A stretch of 64,000 nucleotides of DNA from Octopus vulgaris (GCA_951406725.2 OX597827.1:13578001-13642000); one strand, 5' to 3'. Counted from the first letter of the stretch, positions 13,787 to 27,465 are shown. Translations and numbers: made by a program. The notes: generated by a model not told the origin, from the sequence alone.

Positions 13787-13983
13787 AAGCATTTAGTATC
13801 ATGGAAAAATGTCCTGATTAATTGCAGATATCTTTGTGTATTACACATAACCAGAAAAATTTATTTTGAATCTTTTTTGAAAAATTATTCAGCTTGCCAG
13901 AAGAATTAAGGAATAGATATATCCCATATTCCATAAAACTTTTAGCATCTGTCTGTGTGTTTGTATGCCAAACTTTATGTATA

Positions 13984-14356
13984 GGCGCAGGTGTGGCTGT
14001 GTGGTAAGAAGCTTGCTTCACATTCACGTGGTTCCTAGTTCAATCCCACTGTGTGGCACCTTGGGCAAGTATCTTCTACTATAGCCTCAGGTTGATCAAA
14101 GCCTATGAGAGGATTTTGTAGATGGAAACTGAAAGAAGCCCATCATGTGTGTGTGTGTGTTTGTGTGTGTGTGTATGTGCATCGTTGTGTCTGTATTTGT
14201 TCCCTACCACCGTTTGACAACTGGAGCTGGTGTGATTATATCCCTGTAACTTAGCAGTTTGGCAAGTTACAATCTTAAGAAAAATAAATAAGATTCTTCA
14301 AGGCAGTGCCCCAGCATGGCCACCGTCTAATGACTGAAACAAGTAAAATATAAAAA
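13984..14356 (+). mobile_element. Older CORE-type SINE copy
   Basis: ggcgcaggtgtggctgtgtgg...ccagcatggccaccgtctaatgactgaaacaagtaaaa. Confidence 0.85.
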
Positions 14357-14455
14357 CTATTTAATTTTGAAACATGGAGAGCCGCATCTCATATCATTTT
14401 TATTACATTTATAGAGCGGAAATTTTGTACATATAATATTTGGTTCCTATAACAC

Positions 14456-14809
14456 CGATGCCAGCGCCGCCTCGACTGGCTTCTGAGCCGGTGGCACATA
14501 AAAAGCAACATCCAAATGTGGCCGATGCCAGTGCCGCCTTGCCTGGCTTCCGTGCCGTTGGCACGTTAAAAGCACCAACCGATCATGGCCAATGCCAGAC
14601 CCCCACCTGGCACCTGTGCAGGTGGCACGTAAAAAGCACCCACTACACTCACGGAGTGGTTGGCGTTAGGAAGAGCATCCAGCCGTAGAAACACTGCCAG
14701 ATCAGACTGGGCCTGGTGCTGCCCCTGGCTTTCCAGACCCTGGTCGAACCGTCCAACACGTGCTAGCGTGGAAAACGGACGTTAAACGATGATGATGATG
14801 ATGATGATG
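14456..14809 (+). mobile_element. 5'-truncated RTE 3' UTR copy (3 structured units plus tail)
   Basis: Same unit and tail as 720-1207; 7-bp TSD ataacac at 14449-14455 and 14810-14816. Confidence 0.85.
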
Positions 14810-15275
14810 ATAACACATAAAAACAGTTATGTATATTTAGAAAATTTTTCAAAATAATGAGAAAGACACCAAATGTCTTAAAGCTAACATTTGGTACCCA
14901 TGTCTTTCAGAAACATTTTTTTGCACACTCAAAATTGACGAAGCATAGAAGGAAATTTCTGCATCATTTGTTAGCTGTCAGGACAATCTATATCCTTCAA
15001 AAGTTCCATGCTTCATGCTTCCCAAAATTTACCAGTACAACTTCTGACATCCCTATTCACAGTTTCCTCTTTACTGTTCTTTTAGTGTTCACCCTTCTGG
15101 GTTTTCTTTTTTTTATTGTGTTTTATCCAATATGTATCATGGATGTACAATTGGCTATCATTTCTGTCTTTCTCTTCTTGAAATGTTGCCACTTTTTATC
15201 CCTTCTTTTACTCTTCCCTTATGTGTTATAGTTAAGTCAATAATAAGCTTATTATTATCATTATTATTATTATTA

Positions 15276-15330
<55 letters not shown>

Positions 15331-15363
15331 CATTATTATTATCATTATTATTATTATTATTAT

Positions 15364-16511
15364 GTTTTTTCCTTCTTTCTTCAAATTTTCTTCCGTTTCT
15401 CGCCGAGTGTTTTCCATACACCTAGGGCAGAGAAAGGCATTGCATGCATTCCCAGATTACACGCGCAAATTCACAGATAAAATATGTATTTAAAAATTAA
15501 TAAATAAATAAATTCATGGATGGATGTTATTTTCACAGCGATAGTGTTCTTCTCAGTACATGAGCCGTTCCAGTTAATACGATTTTTTGCACTTCCTGTA
15601 GGGATGGTAGGCCTGGAATCATTTTCAAATAGGTTTCAGTACCTTTTTTTATCATTCCTAGAGATCCTACAATCACTGGTACTGTAGTCACCTTGAGATG
15701 CCACATTTTTTCAATTTCTATTAGCAGGTCTTTATATTTACTAATCTTGACAAATTCTTTCGCTGCTATATTGTGATCGCAAGGGATACTCATGTCAATT
15801 AATAAACACTTCTTTTTTGTCTGATCTATAATAATAATATCCGGTTTATTAGCTTTTATAGTCATGTCGGTCTGTACGGGGAAGTCCCATAGAATCGACA
15901 CATATTCTCCGTCAGTCACAGCTTCAGGATGGTGTTTATACCATTTATCAGCAGTTTTGATTTTATAATACCGACATATTGTCCAATGTAAATACTGGCC
16001 AACTCTGTCATGTTTTGCTTTATATTCTGCAGGTGCTAAGACTCTACACCCTGAGATTAGGTGGTCTATTGTTTCAATCTCATCGTTACAGAATCGGCAT
16101 TTTGAGTCAGCTCCATTTTTTATCACATTGGCTTGGTAGTTCTGGGTTAATAAGCTTTGGTCTTGAGCAGCTAATATGAAACCTTCACTCTCTGCTTTTA
16201 GCCCTGAGCTTCGTAACCATTGGTGTGTGTGTTTCTGGTCGACATCAGCTTGTTTGCTACGGGCCACATACTTGCCATGGAGAGGTTTCTGTTCCCATCT
16301 GCTAGCTAAATTTTCATGTGCTTTTGTCTTTGCAATTAATTTTATTTTCTTTGCAGCTGCAGTTGGCGCATTTCCTTCAGCCTGATCAATCTGGTGGGTA
16401 TCTAAGAGATCAGCATTGAATTTTTTGCTCTCTTTGAGAATAGAGTGAAGTTTTTTCAGTCTTTCATGTTTTTCAACAAGCTTTAGCATCCAATCGTTGG
16501 TTGCTTCAAGG
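15364..16511 (-). mobile_element. 5'-truncated R4/Dong-clade non-LTR retrotransposon in a (TAA)n array
   Basis: Contains ORF 15533-16489; flanked by (ATT)n 15250-15363 and (TTA)n 16512-16537. Confidence 0.85.
15533..16489 (-). CDS. C-terminal part of an R4/Dong-type polyprotein: CCHC zinc knuckle plus restriction-like endonuclease (truncated copy)
   Basis: KPLHG, AAQDQSL, CRFC..ETIDHLISGC, KHD, ILWDF, KPDIII, LIDMSIP, KISKYKDL, VPVIVGSLG, VLTGTAHVLR; open for 318 codons. Confidence 0.9.
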   Translation of the reverse strand: MLKLVEKHERLKKLHSILKESKKFNADLLDTHQIDQAEGNAPTAAAKKIKLIAKTKAHENLASRWEQKPLHGKYVARSKQADVDQKHTHQWLRSSGLKAESEGFILAAQDQSLLTQNYQANVIKNGADSKCRFCNDEIETIDHLISGCRVLAPAEYKAKHDRVGQYLHWTICRYYKIKTADKWYKHHPEAVTDGEYVSILWDFPVQTDMTIKANKPDIIIIDQTKKKCLLIDMSIPCDHNIAAKEFVKISKYKDLLIEIEKMWHLKVTTVPVIVGSLGMIKKGTETYLKMIPGLPSLQEVQKIVLTGTAHVLRRTLSL

Positions 16512-16539
16512 TTATTATTATTATTATTATTATTATTTC

Positions 16540-16966
16540 ATTTTTTTGCACAGCTTCAAATACTGGAGATGTATTACGGTGTCAGCTGTTCACCCCTTAT
16601 TCTTTGAACACCATCCGGAGTATTCAAGTGGTTCCAAGCAGTGCTGTTTTCTGCAAGTGCTCCACCCTTATCACAGCCCCTATTTGTTTCCTGTACTTCT
16701 CAAGATTTTTATTCACTGTTCCCAGAGCTCAGACAATTATTGGTAATACTACCACCTTTTTGATCAACCACAGCTGCTTAACCTCCCAAGCTAACCTGTC
16801 ATATCTATCGACTTTTCTTTCTTCCTTATCGCATACCTTGTCAGCTGGACATGCTATATCTATGATCCAGCATCATTTGCTTTCTTTCTCAATTAACACT
16901 ATGTCTGGTTTCCTATTCTCTATCTCATGGTCATGCTGAATCATAAAATCCCATAGGATCTTTGAA

Positions 16967-16968
<2 letters not shown>
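16540..16968 (-). pseudogene. Second, divergent R4/Dong-type RLE fragment with stops
   Basis: Manual translation KILWDFMIQHDHEIENRKPDIVLIEKESK*CWIIDIACPADKVCDKEERKVDRYDRLAWEVKQLW..LQKTALLGT; bounded by (TTA)n. Confidence 0.85.
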
Positions 16969-17014
<46 letters not shown>

Positions 17015-17424
17015 CATTATTATTACAAAATCTTGGCATGGATGTGTAAAGGTCTAAATATTTGCTTTTATGTGTATGTGTCAGTATTGAGATATATTCT
17101 GTCACTAGTTTCAGTTTGAAAGCTGTGGCCATGCTGGGGCATGTATAGATTGTGTGTATGTATGAGCTGCGTGAGAGTTTGTGTGAACTGTGCAAGTATT
17201 CATGCATTTATGTGCATATGTAAACATGCAGTGTGAACATATATGTGTGACAGTGTGGGTCTGCATATATAAATTGTATGCGTATATGTATATAAATATA
17301 TGTGTTCATTTATATATGTGTGCATGTGTGTATGTATGTACATGTGCGTGTGTGTATGTATATGTATGCATGTAAGTGTATACAATACATATATATACAT
17401 ATATGTACATGTAAAAAATTACTC

Positions 17425-17626
17425 ATGGCAGTGCCAGATATGTAAGAGTGCTCATGCTGGTACCACATTAAGGCACCTAGCACACACTCTAAAGTGGTTG
17501 GCATGTTAGGAAGGGTATCCAGCCATAGAAGCTATACGAAATGAGACTGGAACCTGATGCAGTTCACCAGCTTATCAGCTCTGGTCCAACTGTCCAACCC
17601 ATGCCAGCATGGAAAATTGACGTTAA

Positions 17627-17682
<56 letters not shown>
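17425..17682 (+). mobile_element. Old RTE-tail copy with (GAT)n
   Basis: gttaggaagggtatccagcc...ccaacccatgccagcatggaaa..cgttaa(gat)n. Confidence 0.7.
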
Positions 17683-17694
17683 ATGTATATCAAC

Positions 17695-17771
17695 AAAGAG
17701 AGAGAGAGACAGACAGACAAAGATAGAGACATAGATAGGTAGATAGACATACAGACAGACAGGAAGATAGA

Positions 17772-17860
<89 letters not shown>

Positions 17861-17885
17861 AGATAAATAGATGGATTGCTGGATG

Positions 17886-17969
<84 letters not shown>

Positions 17970-19435
17970 GATAGATAGATAGATATATTTATGTATGTAT
18001 GAATATGTATATAATTATGCATGCAAAAATGTACAGTCTGTTATTTTGAATGTGTGCATTTATATACATGCGTATCTAGATTATCTTCATGCATGCATGT
18101 GAGTAAGAAAACCTGATTATTTCTGTGTGAAAATATTCACATTTGTATACATATTTTTTTGTCAATGTGTATATATGAGAAAGAGAGAGAGAGACAGAGA
18201 CAGACAGAGACAGAGTGAGAGAGAGAGACTGACAGAGAGAGAGAGAGAGAGAGACAGAGACAGAGTGAGGGAGAGAGAGACAGAGAGAGACAGAGACAGA
18301 GAGAGAGACAGAGTGAGAGAGAGAGACAGAGAGAGAGACAGAGAGAGACAGAGACAGAGTGAGAGAGAGAGACAGACAGACAGAGAGACAGAGACAGAGA
18401 CAGGGAGAGACACAGAGACACAGAGAGAGAGAGAAAGAGAGACAGAGACAGAGACAGAGAGAGAGAGACAGAGAGACAGTGTGTGTGTGTGCATAGATGG
18501 ATGGCTGTTTGCCTGGTTTCACTTTGAATTTCACACCAATGAAGAAAGATCTGGTTTCTAGCTTAAAAACAAGATTCTTTCATTGGAATTAAGCATCATC
18601 AACAGGATATGTATAAATGTATAAATGTATCCATATATGTAGTAAGTACTTAGTATGTATGCATGTGTGTGTGTATGTATGTATGTATGTATGTATGTAT
18701 GTATGTATGTATGTATGTATGTATGTATGTATGTATGTATGTATGTATGTATGTATGCATGTGTGTGTATGTATGCATGTATGCATGCATGCTTGTATGT
18801 AGGTATGTATCTATGTATGCAGGCAATGCATGAATGTAATGTAATATAATGTATGTATGTATGTTTGTATGTATGTATGTACATATGTGTGTATGTATGT
18901 ATTTATGTGTATGTATGTATGTATGTATGTATGTATGTATGTATGTATGTATGTATGTATGTATGTATGTATGTATGTATGTATGTATGTATGTATGTAT
19001 GTATGTATGTATGTATGTGTGTATGTACGTATGTGTGTATGTATGTATGTATGCATATATGTATGTATGTACGTATGCGTGTATGTATGTATGTATGTAT
19101 GTATGTATGTATGTATGTATGTATGTATGTATGTATGTATGTATGTATGTATGTATGTATGTATGTATGTATGTATGTATGTATGTATGTATGTATGTAT
19201 GTATGTATGTATGTATGTATGTATGTATGTATGTATGTATGTATGCATGTACATATGTATGTATGTACGTATGTGTGTATGTATGTATGCGTGTATGTAT
19301 GTATGTATGTATGTATGTACATATGTGTGCATGTACGTATGTATGTATGTATGTATGTATGTATGCATGTATGTATGTATGTATGTATGTATGTATGTAT
19401 GCATGTACTTATGTATGTATGCATGTATGTATGTA
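17695..19435. repeat. (GATA)/(GACA)/(GA)n and long (TATG)n microsatellite block
   Basis: Direct inspection. Confidence 0.95.
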
Positions 19436-19787
19436 TTTTATTGTAAATAACCTTGAATAAGTGAAGAGCTACTGCCTGGTATTAAGAAGTGAGATGCGGT
19501 TTTCATCCCAAGATAAGATGTAACACCTACTGATATCAATCTTCCTTTTACGTAAAACAGACATCAATTTCCTGTTATTCCACGATTTGGAATCATCATT
19601 AACAAATCACATATATTTTAATTTAATTCATACTCATTTTCAATACATTTAATTAAGATAAATATACTTCATTTTATTATTGACAGCACAAGCAACCAAA
19701 TATACACATAAACACACACACACTCTTTCACATGTACATCTGCACATATATATATATATATGTACATACATATATATATATATATAT

Positions 19788-19992
19788 ACTCTCTTTTACT
19801 TGTTTCAGTCATTTGACTATGGCCATGCTGGAACACCACCTTTTAGTCGAGCAAATCGACCCCGGGACATTCTTTTCTAAGCCCAGTACTTATTCTATCG
19901 GTCTCTTTTGCCGAACCGCTAAGTGACGGAGGACATAAACACACCAGCATCGGTTGTCAAGTAATGCTAGGGGGACAAACACAGACACACAA

Positions 19993-20051
<59 letters not shown>

Positions 20052-20280
20052 GCAAGATTTATTGGCTAAACTGGCAATATGACCATTCCGAAATATAACA
20101 ATATATATATATATATATACATATATACGACAGGCTTCTTTCAGTTTCCGTCTACCAAATCCACTCACAAGGCATTGGTTGGCCCGGAGCTATAGCAGAA
20201 GACACTTGCCCAAGATGCCACGGAACCCGGAACCATGTGGTTGTTTAGCAAGCTACTTACCACACAGCCACTCCTGCGCC
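19788..20280 (-). mobile_element. Major CORE-type SINE with a short insert in its (TA)n tract
   Basis: Family consensus; foreign ~57 bp at 20045-20101. Confidence 0.9.
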
Positions 20281-20443
20281 TAATTATATATATATATATA
20301 CATATGTATATATATATATAAAATACAAAAAAATGGGACAAGAACACAACAGGCGACAAGACATCCATACCAATATGTGCATAAATAAATAAAGATATAT
20401 GTGTGTGTGTGTTTGTGTACAGTATATATACATATATACATAT

Positions 20444-21434
20444 AAAACACCATCCGAGCGTGGTCGTCTGCCAGCCTTGTCTGGCACCTGTGTCGGTGGC
20501 ACATAAAAACACCATCCGAGCGTGGTCGTCTGCCAGCCTTGTCTGGCACCTGTGTCGGTGGCACATAAAAACACCATCCGAGCGTGGTCGTTCGCCAGCC
20601 TCGTCTGGCACCTGTGTCGGTGGCACATAAAAACACCATCCGAGCGTGGTCGTCTGCCAGCCTTGTCTGGCACCTGTGTCGGTGGCACATAAAAACACCA
20701 TCCGAGCGTGGTCGTCTGCCAGCCTCGTCTGGCACCTGTGTCGGTGGCACATAAAAACACCATCCGAGCGTGGTCGTCTGCCAGCCTTGTGTGGCACCTG
20801 TGTCGGTGGTACAGAAAAACACCATCCGAGCGTGGCCGTTCGCCAGCCTCGTCTGGCACCTGTGTCGGTGGCACATAAAAACACCATCCGAGCATGGTCG
20901 TCTGCCAGCCTTGTCTGGCACCTGTGTCGGTGGCACATAAAAACACCATCCGAGCATGGTCGTTCGCCAGCCTCGTCTGGCACCTGTGTCGGTGGCACAT
21001 AAAAAAAAACACCATCCGAGCGTGGTCGTCTGCCAGCCTTGTCTGGCACCTGTGTCGGTGGCACATAAAAACACCATCCGAGTGTGGTCGTTCGCCAGCC
21101 TCGTCTGGCACCTGTGTCGGTGGCACATAAAAACACCATCCGAGCGTGGTCGTCTGCCAGCCTTGTCTGGCACCTCTGTCGGTGGCACATAAAAACACCA
21201 TCCGAGCGTGGTCGTTCGCCAGCCTCGTCTGGCACCTGTGTCGGTGGCACATAAAATCACCCACTACACTCTGGGAGTGGTTGGCGTTAGGAAGGGCATC
21301 CAGCTGTAGAAACACTGCCAGATCTGACAGGAGCCTGGTGCAGCCTTCGGGCTCCCCAGACACCAGTTGAACCGTCCAACCCATGCTAGCATGGAAAGCG
21401 GACGTTAAACGATGATGATGATGATGATGATGAT
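20444..21434 (+). mobile_element. RTE 3' UTR copy with expanded internal tandem array
   Basis: Array runs directly into cccactacactc...ggcgttaggaagggcatcc...ggacgttaaac(gat)n. Confidence 0.85.
20449..21258 (+). repeat. 13 x 62-nt tandem array with alternating A/B variants
   Basis: Unit accatccgagcgtggtcgt(ct/tc)gccagcct(t/c)gtctggcacctgtgtcggtggcacataaaaac; starts at 20449, 20511, 20573 ... 21197. Confidence 0.97.
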
Positions 21435-21616
21435 ATGCGTATATATATTGCCCTGCCAAGCTAGTCTGTGTAGAGGAGGCGAGGTTCATCATTTACAAAC
21501 TACAAGGAAGCAAAGAAGTGCATTGTGACCAGCAGTGTACAACAACATCCGTTTCTCTGCTCAGTCAATAAAGTGGTGCAATGATACATACGTATACAGA
21601 AATACGTACTCAATAC

Positions 21617-21653
<37 letters not shown>

Positions 21654-21819
21654 AATGTATTTATGCATATGTGCAGACATATGTATTCTGTATATAGTCA
21701 TATGTATTCATTATTTGGTGAACCCAATAACCATGTGGTTGTGGATCAAATTTTACCACATGATCATGCCCATCCCTATCAAAGGAAAAACTGTATATAT
21801 GTTAACCAATTGATACACA

Positions 21820-22319
<500 letters not shown>

Positions 22320-22846
22320 AAATACAGTTTAGATCAACCAGCCGTTCAACAATCAACCTGCGTGGCAAAACAATTCCTCTCCTTAATCAGTAAACACTTC
22401 TACAAAAACAAAAAAAAGTACTATAAATTATTCCACGGGAACAATATAAAAGTCAGTTATTTTACAACCTCTTTTATAAGGAAAATCAATTCATTGCTTA
22501 ACCACGGGATCCTTGGAAAGAAAACACATCGCAACAATGTATTTCTCAAAGCTCTGAGTCATGCCTTTTGAATAAAGTGATCAGTAACTGTGTTATGTAT
22601 CAAGTCAATTCAACTAAATGAATAAATAGCAATACTGTATCTACATTGGCTTAACAGAGAACACATTTAAGATTAGACTAATAGAATATGAACACTTTCA
22701 AAGACTAACATAAGGAAAATATCATACTTAAAGCATGTTTAGCAAAAGAATAGAATGAGTCTACCAACATCGCAAAGATTGGATTGAACCACTTTCTAAA
22801 ATAACAATTCAAATTTGTGCCTTCTTTATTGTTTGAATGTGATATA

Positions 22847-23063
22847 CGAGGGGGTACTGAAAAGTTCCTGGTTTTGGGTAAAAAAAAATACAGGAGGATC
22901 AGTTAATTATGATTTTATTCAACATATTCCCATCTCAGATTTACACACTTATTGCAGTGGTCCTTTAGTTTTCTTAAGCTCTTTAAAAGAACTCAGAATG
23001 TTGGGCCTCCAGCCAAGCCTTTCACAATACCCATAAAGCCAGTAACTTTTCAGCACCCCTTCG
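22847..23063 (-). mobile_element. Mariner-derived MITE
   Basis: TA|cgagggggtactgaaaagttcctgg ... ccagtaacttttcagcacccct TIRs; homologous to 55924-56140 in opposite orientation. Confidence 0.85.
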
Positions 23064-23373
23064 CTATACATCATAAAGCATACCACATCAATAGAAAGCC
23101 AGAACTAAAATAGACTTGCAGACATAGTATGAAAATTTTGCTTCAGTTTTGGAGGAATAACAGACAGGGAGCACTGCTGATATCATACATCAGATTTTTT
23201 TAAATGCTCACCTGCAGTTGTGGTAATAGTACTGCTGAACAGGGTGTACCATGGTTGTGGCAACAGTACCCTAAAATAAACTGTACCACAGATCTAGAAA
23301 ACAATCAGTTATATGCAAATCAGTTGTGGTTCTTCCCAAAATGCCTTTATAACAAATGATGTGTGATGGATAA

Positions 23374-23757
23374 GTGGAGGCGCAATGGCCCAGTGGTTAG
23401 GGCAGCGGACTCGCGGTCGTAGGATCGCGGTTTCGATTCCCAGACCGGGCATTGTGAGTGTTTATTGAGCGAAAACACCTAAAGCTCCACGAGGCTCCAG
23501 CAGGGGATGGTGGTGATCCCTGCTGTACTCTTTCACCACAACTTTCTCTCACTCTTACTTCCTGTTTCTGTTGTACCTGTATTTCAAAGGGCCGGCCTTG
23601 TCACTCTCTGTGTCACGCTGAATATCCCCGAGAACTACGTTAAGGGTACACGTGTCTCTGGAGTGCTCAGCCACTTACATGTTAATTTCACGAGCAGGCT
23701 GTTCCGTTGATCGGATCAACCGGAACCCTCGTCGTCGTAACTGACGGAGTGCTTCCA
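23374..23757 (+). mobile_element. tRNA(Arg)-like-headed SINE (head A, tail X)
   Basis: Box A tggcccagtgg, box B ggtttcgattcc, TCG at the anticodon-like position; 11-bp TSD tgtgatggata at 23362-23372 and 23758-23768. Confidence 0.9.
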
Positions 23758-24204
23758 TGTGATGGATAGCTTCATAACTAGAGATAAAACAGACTGACCC
23801 TATCATTGCCTCTGCTAGTAAAAAGTAGATTTACTTTCCAAGTGAAGGGCAGATTGTTTTATGTGTAGGCAATGCAAAAATATTTTTACTCATACAGTTT
23901 TGTTTCTTTTTTTCTACAAGGTGCAATGTTACTTTATTGCAAAACACCAACACCAACTGAATAAGTGAAAAGATCGGAAAGAAATGCATTATAACAAAGT
24001 TTCATGTCCTTGTAGAATTCTTTGAATAATCATCAGATGAGAATGCAATATCGGAACTGCTAACATTATACCAATGAATGCAATTTGACTGTGAGAAGAT
24101 AGTAATTTCCATGTTGCATTCTTATGCGATAACCCAAAGGATATCGTATGAATATGAAGCTTGAAATAACGAAATAGCAAAGTGAACTATAATTAACATA
24201 TTGT

Positions 24205-25667
24205 GTGCATGTGCATGTGTGTGCGTGTGAGTGCATATGTGCATATGTGTGTGTGTTTTTGTGTGCATGTGTGTATGTACATGTGTATGTATATGTGTGT
24301 GTGTGCATGTGTATGTGTGTGCATGTACATGTGTGTGTATGTGCATGTGAATGCACATGTGCATATATGTGTGTGTGTTTGTGTGTGCAGGTGTGTATGT
24401 ACATGTGTATGTATATGTGTGTGTGCATGTGTATATGTGTGCATGTGTGTGTATGTGCATGTGAGCGCACATGTGCATATGTGCGTGTGTTTGTGTGTGC
24501 ATGTGTGTATGTACATGTGTGTGTACATGTGTATGTATATGTGTGTGTGTGCATGTGTATATGTGTGCATGTGTGTGTATGTGCATGTGAGCGCACATGT
24601 GCATATGTGTGTGTGTTTGTGTGCAGCTGTGTGTGTACATGTGTATGTATATGTGTGTGTGTGCATATGTATATGTGTACATGTGCATGTGTATGTATGT
24701 GCATGTGAGCGCACATGTGCATATGTGTGTGTATTTGTGTGCATGTGTGTATATACATGTGTGTGTACATGTGTATGTATATGTGTGTGTGTGTGTGCGT
24801 GCACATACAATGCATCTATGTGTGAATGTATATGCATTGAGAGAGAAGTTCAATAGTTGTGAATGCATGTGTGTGCACATGTGCATATGTGTGTGCATGT
24901 GTGTGTATGTGTGAGTACATGTGTATGTATATGTGTTTGTGTGTGCATGTGTGTATGTACATGTGTAAATGTGTGTACATGTGTATGTATATGTGTGTAT
25001 GTGCATGTGTGCATATGTGTGTGTGTGTGTGTGTGCACGTGCAATGCATCTATGTGTGAATGTATATGCATCGAGAGAGAAGTACAATAGTTGCGGGAAA
25101 ATAAAGAAGAGGACCAGGGACCAGCTGTTTTGATATCATAAGTATAAGGCATCTATTGTGTTTAGGGGAGTTAGAGTAAGGGAAGGAAAAAAAACAGACT
25201 TTGCTTCTACTCTATGGTTGAGTGGTTAATAATAAAAAATGAATCTAGCTGTGAAAGCAATGCCTCAGGCGAATAAAGCATATGATCGATGCAAGCTTGG
25301 AAAGAATAGATAGATGTAAGACAATAAAAAGATATATACATATATATACATATATATAATGTTCCAACGGACAGACACCTGCAGTCCATCTATGGCTGGA
25401 GTGTTAATAATTTAGAAAGATATTTAAACCACCCAAACAGCAGCAATTTGTTCTCTGACATTCCCACTAAACTACCATAGCAGACAATTATTTCTACATC
25501 ACATTTAATACTCGCTGCCATTACTCATAACAAATTATCCAGTGTCTGTTAGTCACAAGAAGAACGAACAAAATAGGCAACATTTTCACTTAATAACCTC
25601 AAATTTCAGAACTGTTTCACATGCATAAACACACACACACAAACACACACACACACACATACACACA

Positions 25668-25755
<88 letters not shown>

Positions 25756-25829
25756 CACACAGATGCACACACACACACACTCATATGCACATACATTCAC
25801 ATACACACACAACCCGAAACCCCCACACA

Positions 25830-25869
<40 letters not shown>

Positions 25870-25905
25870 CACACACACACACACACACACACTCACATGC
25901 ACATA

Positions 25906-25942
<37 letters not shown>

Positions 25943-25947
25943 ACATA

Positions 25948-25985
<38 letters not shown>

Positions 25986-26051
25986 TGCACATACATTCCC
26001 ACACACACACACAAACACACACAACCTGAAACCCCCACACACAAACACACA

Positions 26052-26087
<36 letters not shown>

Positions 26088-26260
26088 GGCACATACACTC
26101 GCGTGCACACACACATACACACAACCCGAAACCCCCACATACAAACACACACACAACCCGAAACACACACACACACACACACATACAAACACACACACAA
26201 CCCGAAACCCCCACACACAAACACACACAAACACACACACATACACGCACGCATGTACAT
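24205..26260. repeat. Complex RY minisatellites: (TGCA/TGTA/TG) block 24205-25090 and (CA)n with recurring caacccgaaacccc 25625-26260
   Basis: Direct inspection; higher-order duplications visible. Confidence 0.9.
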
Positions 26261-26554
26261 ATTCATATTTGGAGAGGAATGGTAAGAGCTGAAATGGTTA
26301 CAGCTTTGTGTTTGATGAAGTACCAACAAAGAATATATATATACATATATGTTAATCAGTTGTTATTTACTAAAACGCAAAAAAAACCCAAAAAACAATA
26401 ATAAATATATAAATAAATACATAAGATTTACTAGTTATTAACTTTAAACATAGTTCACAATAGCCTTCCTTTTTCTTTTTTTCCCTTTTTTAAAATATTG
26501 AATTTGATCGAGATTATAATTTTGATCAAATAATTTTTCACCTTTTATAAAATA

Positions 26555-26720
26555 TATTTCAATATTGCCCACAAGGGGGCTAAACATAGAGGGGACAAAC
26601 AAAGACAGACAAAGGGATTAAGTCGACTACATCGACCCCAGTGCGCAACTGGTACTTTATTTATCGACCCCGAAAGGATGAAAGGCAAAGTCGACCTCGG
26701 CGGTGTTTGAACCCAGAACG
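26555..26720 (-). mobile_element. Meta-domain-type SINE, 3' part
   Basis: Minus strand gccgaggtcgactttgcctttcatcctttcggggtcgataaataaagtaccag. Confidence 0.8.
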
Positions 26721-26964
26721 TTATAAAATAAGGAAATAGATATCCATGAAACATTTTTATTTAGCCATTGTTTTAATTCTTTATTTTTGGGGTTATTTTA
26801 TGTTGCTGCTTTCTGTGACATTTCCATTTGATAAAACAGTTTTAGGAATGTACCAAATAAAGAGTCACGTCTAATTAAAGTCGTATATGTATGCAGAAGC
26901 TGTTGCGGTACATTTTTTCACAGTAAATTTATTATCTGGGAAAATAACATGCAATTTTTGTGAC

Positions 26965-27465
26965 TGGAGTAATTGTGGTTGTGTGTGATAAGACGCTTGC
27001 TTACCAACCACATGGTTCCGGGTTCAGTCCCACTGTGTAGTACCTCATGCAAGTATCTGCTACTATAGCCTCAGGTCAGCCAAATCCTTATGAATGAATT
27101 TGATAGATGGAAACTGAAAGAAGCCCGCCATATATATATATATATATATATGTATATGTTTTTGTGTCTGTGTTTGTACCCCCACCATCGCCACCTAAAT
27201 ATACTCTTTTACTCTTTTACTCTTTTACTTGTTTCAGTCATTTGACTGTGGCCATGCTGGATTACTGCCTTTAGTCAAGCAAATCAACCCCAGGACTTAT
27301 TCTTTGTAAGCCTAGTACTTATTCTATTGGTCTCTTTTGTTGAACTGCTAAGTTACGGGGATGTAAACACACCAGCATCGGTTGTCAAGCAATGTTGGTG
27401 GGGTACAAGCACAGACACACAAACATACACACACACATATATATATATACATATATATGTATATA
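26965..27465. mobile_element. Two convergent CORE-type SINE fragments (+ 26965-27190, - 27203-27465)
   Basis: 5' half on plus abuts 3' half on minus. Confidence 0.85.

Noticed and set aside
20449-21258. CRISPR-like array
   Set aside because: No unique spacers, no cas genes, eukaryotic context; units are contiguous repeats of a LINE UTR
20165-21492. Three overlapping 326-402 aa minus-strand ORFs
   Set aside because: Arise from the stop-free 62-nt tandem unit cycling through frames
23374-23450. Functional tRNA-Arg gene (also 58839 and other SINE heads)
   Set aside because: No proper acceptor stem or terminator; continues into a SINE body with TSDs
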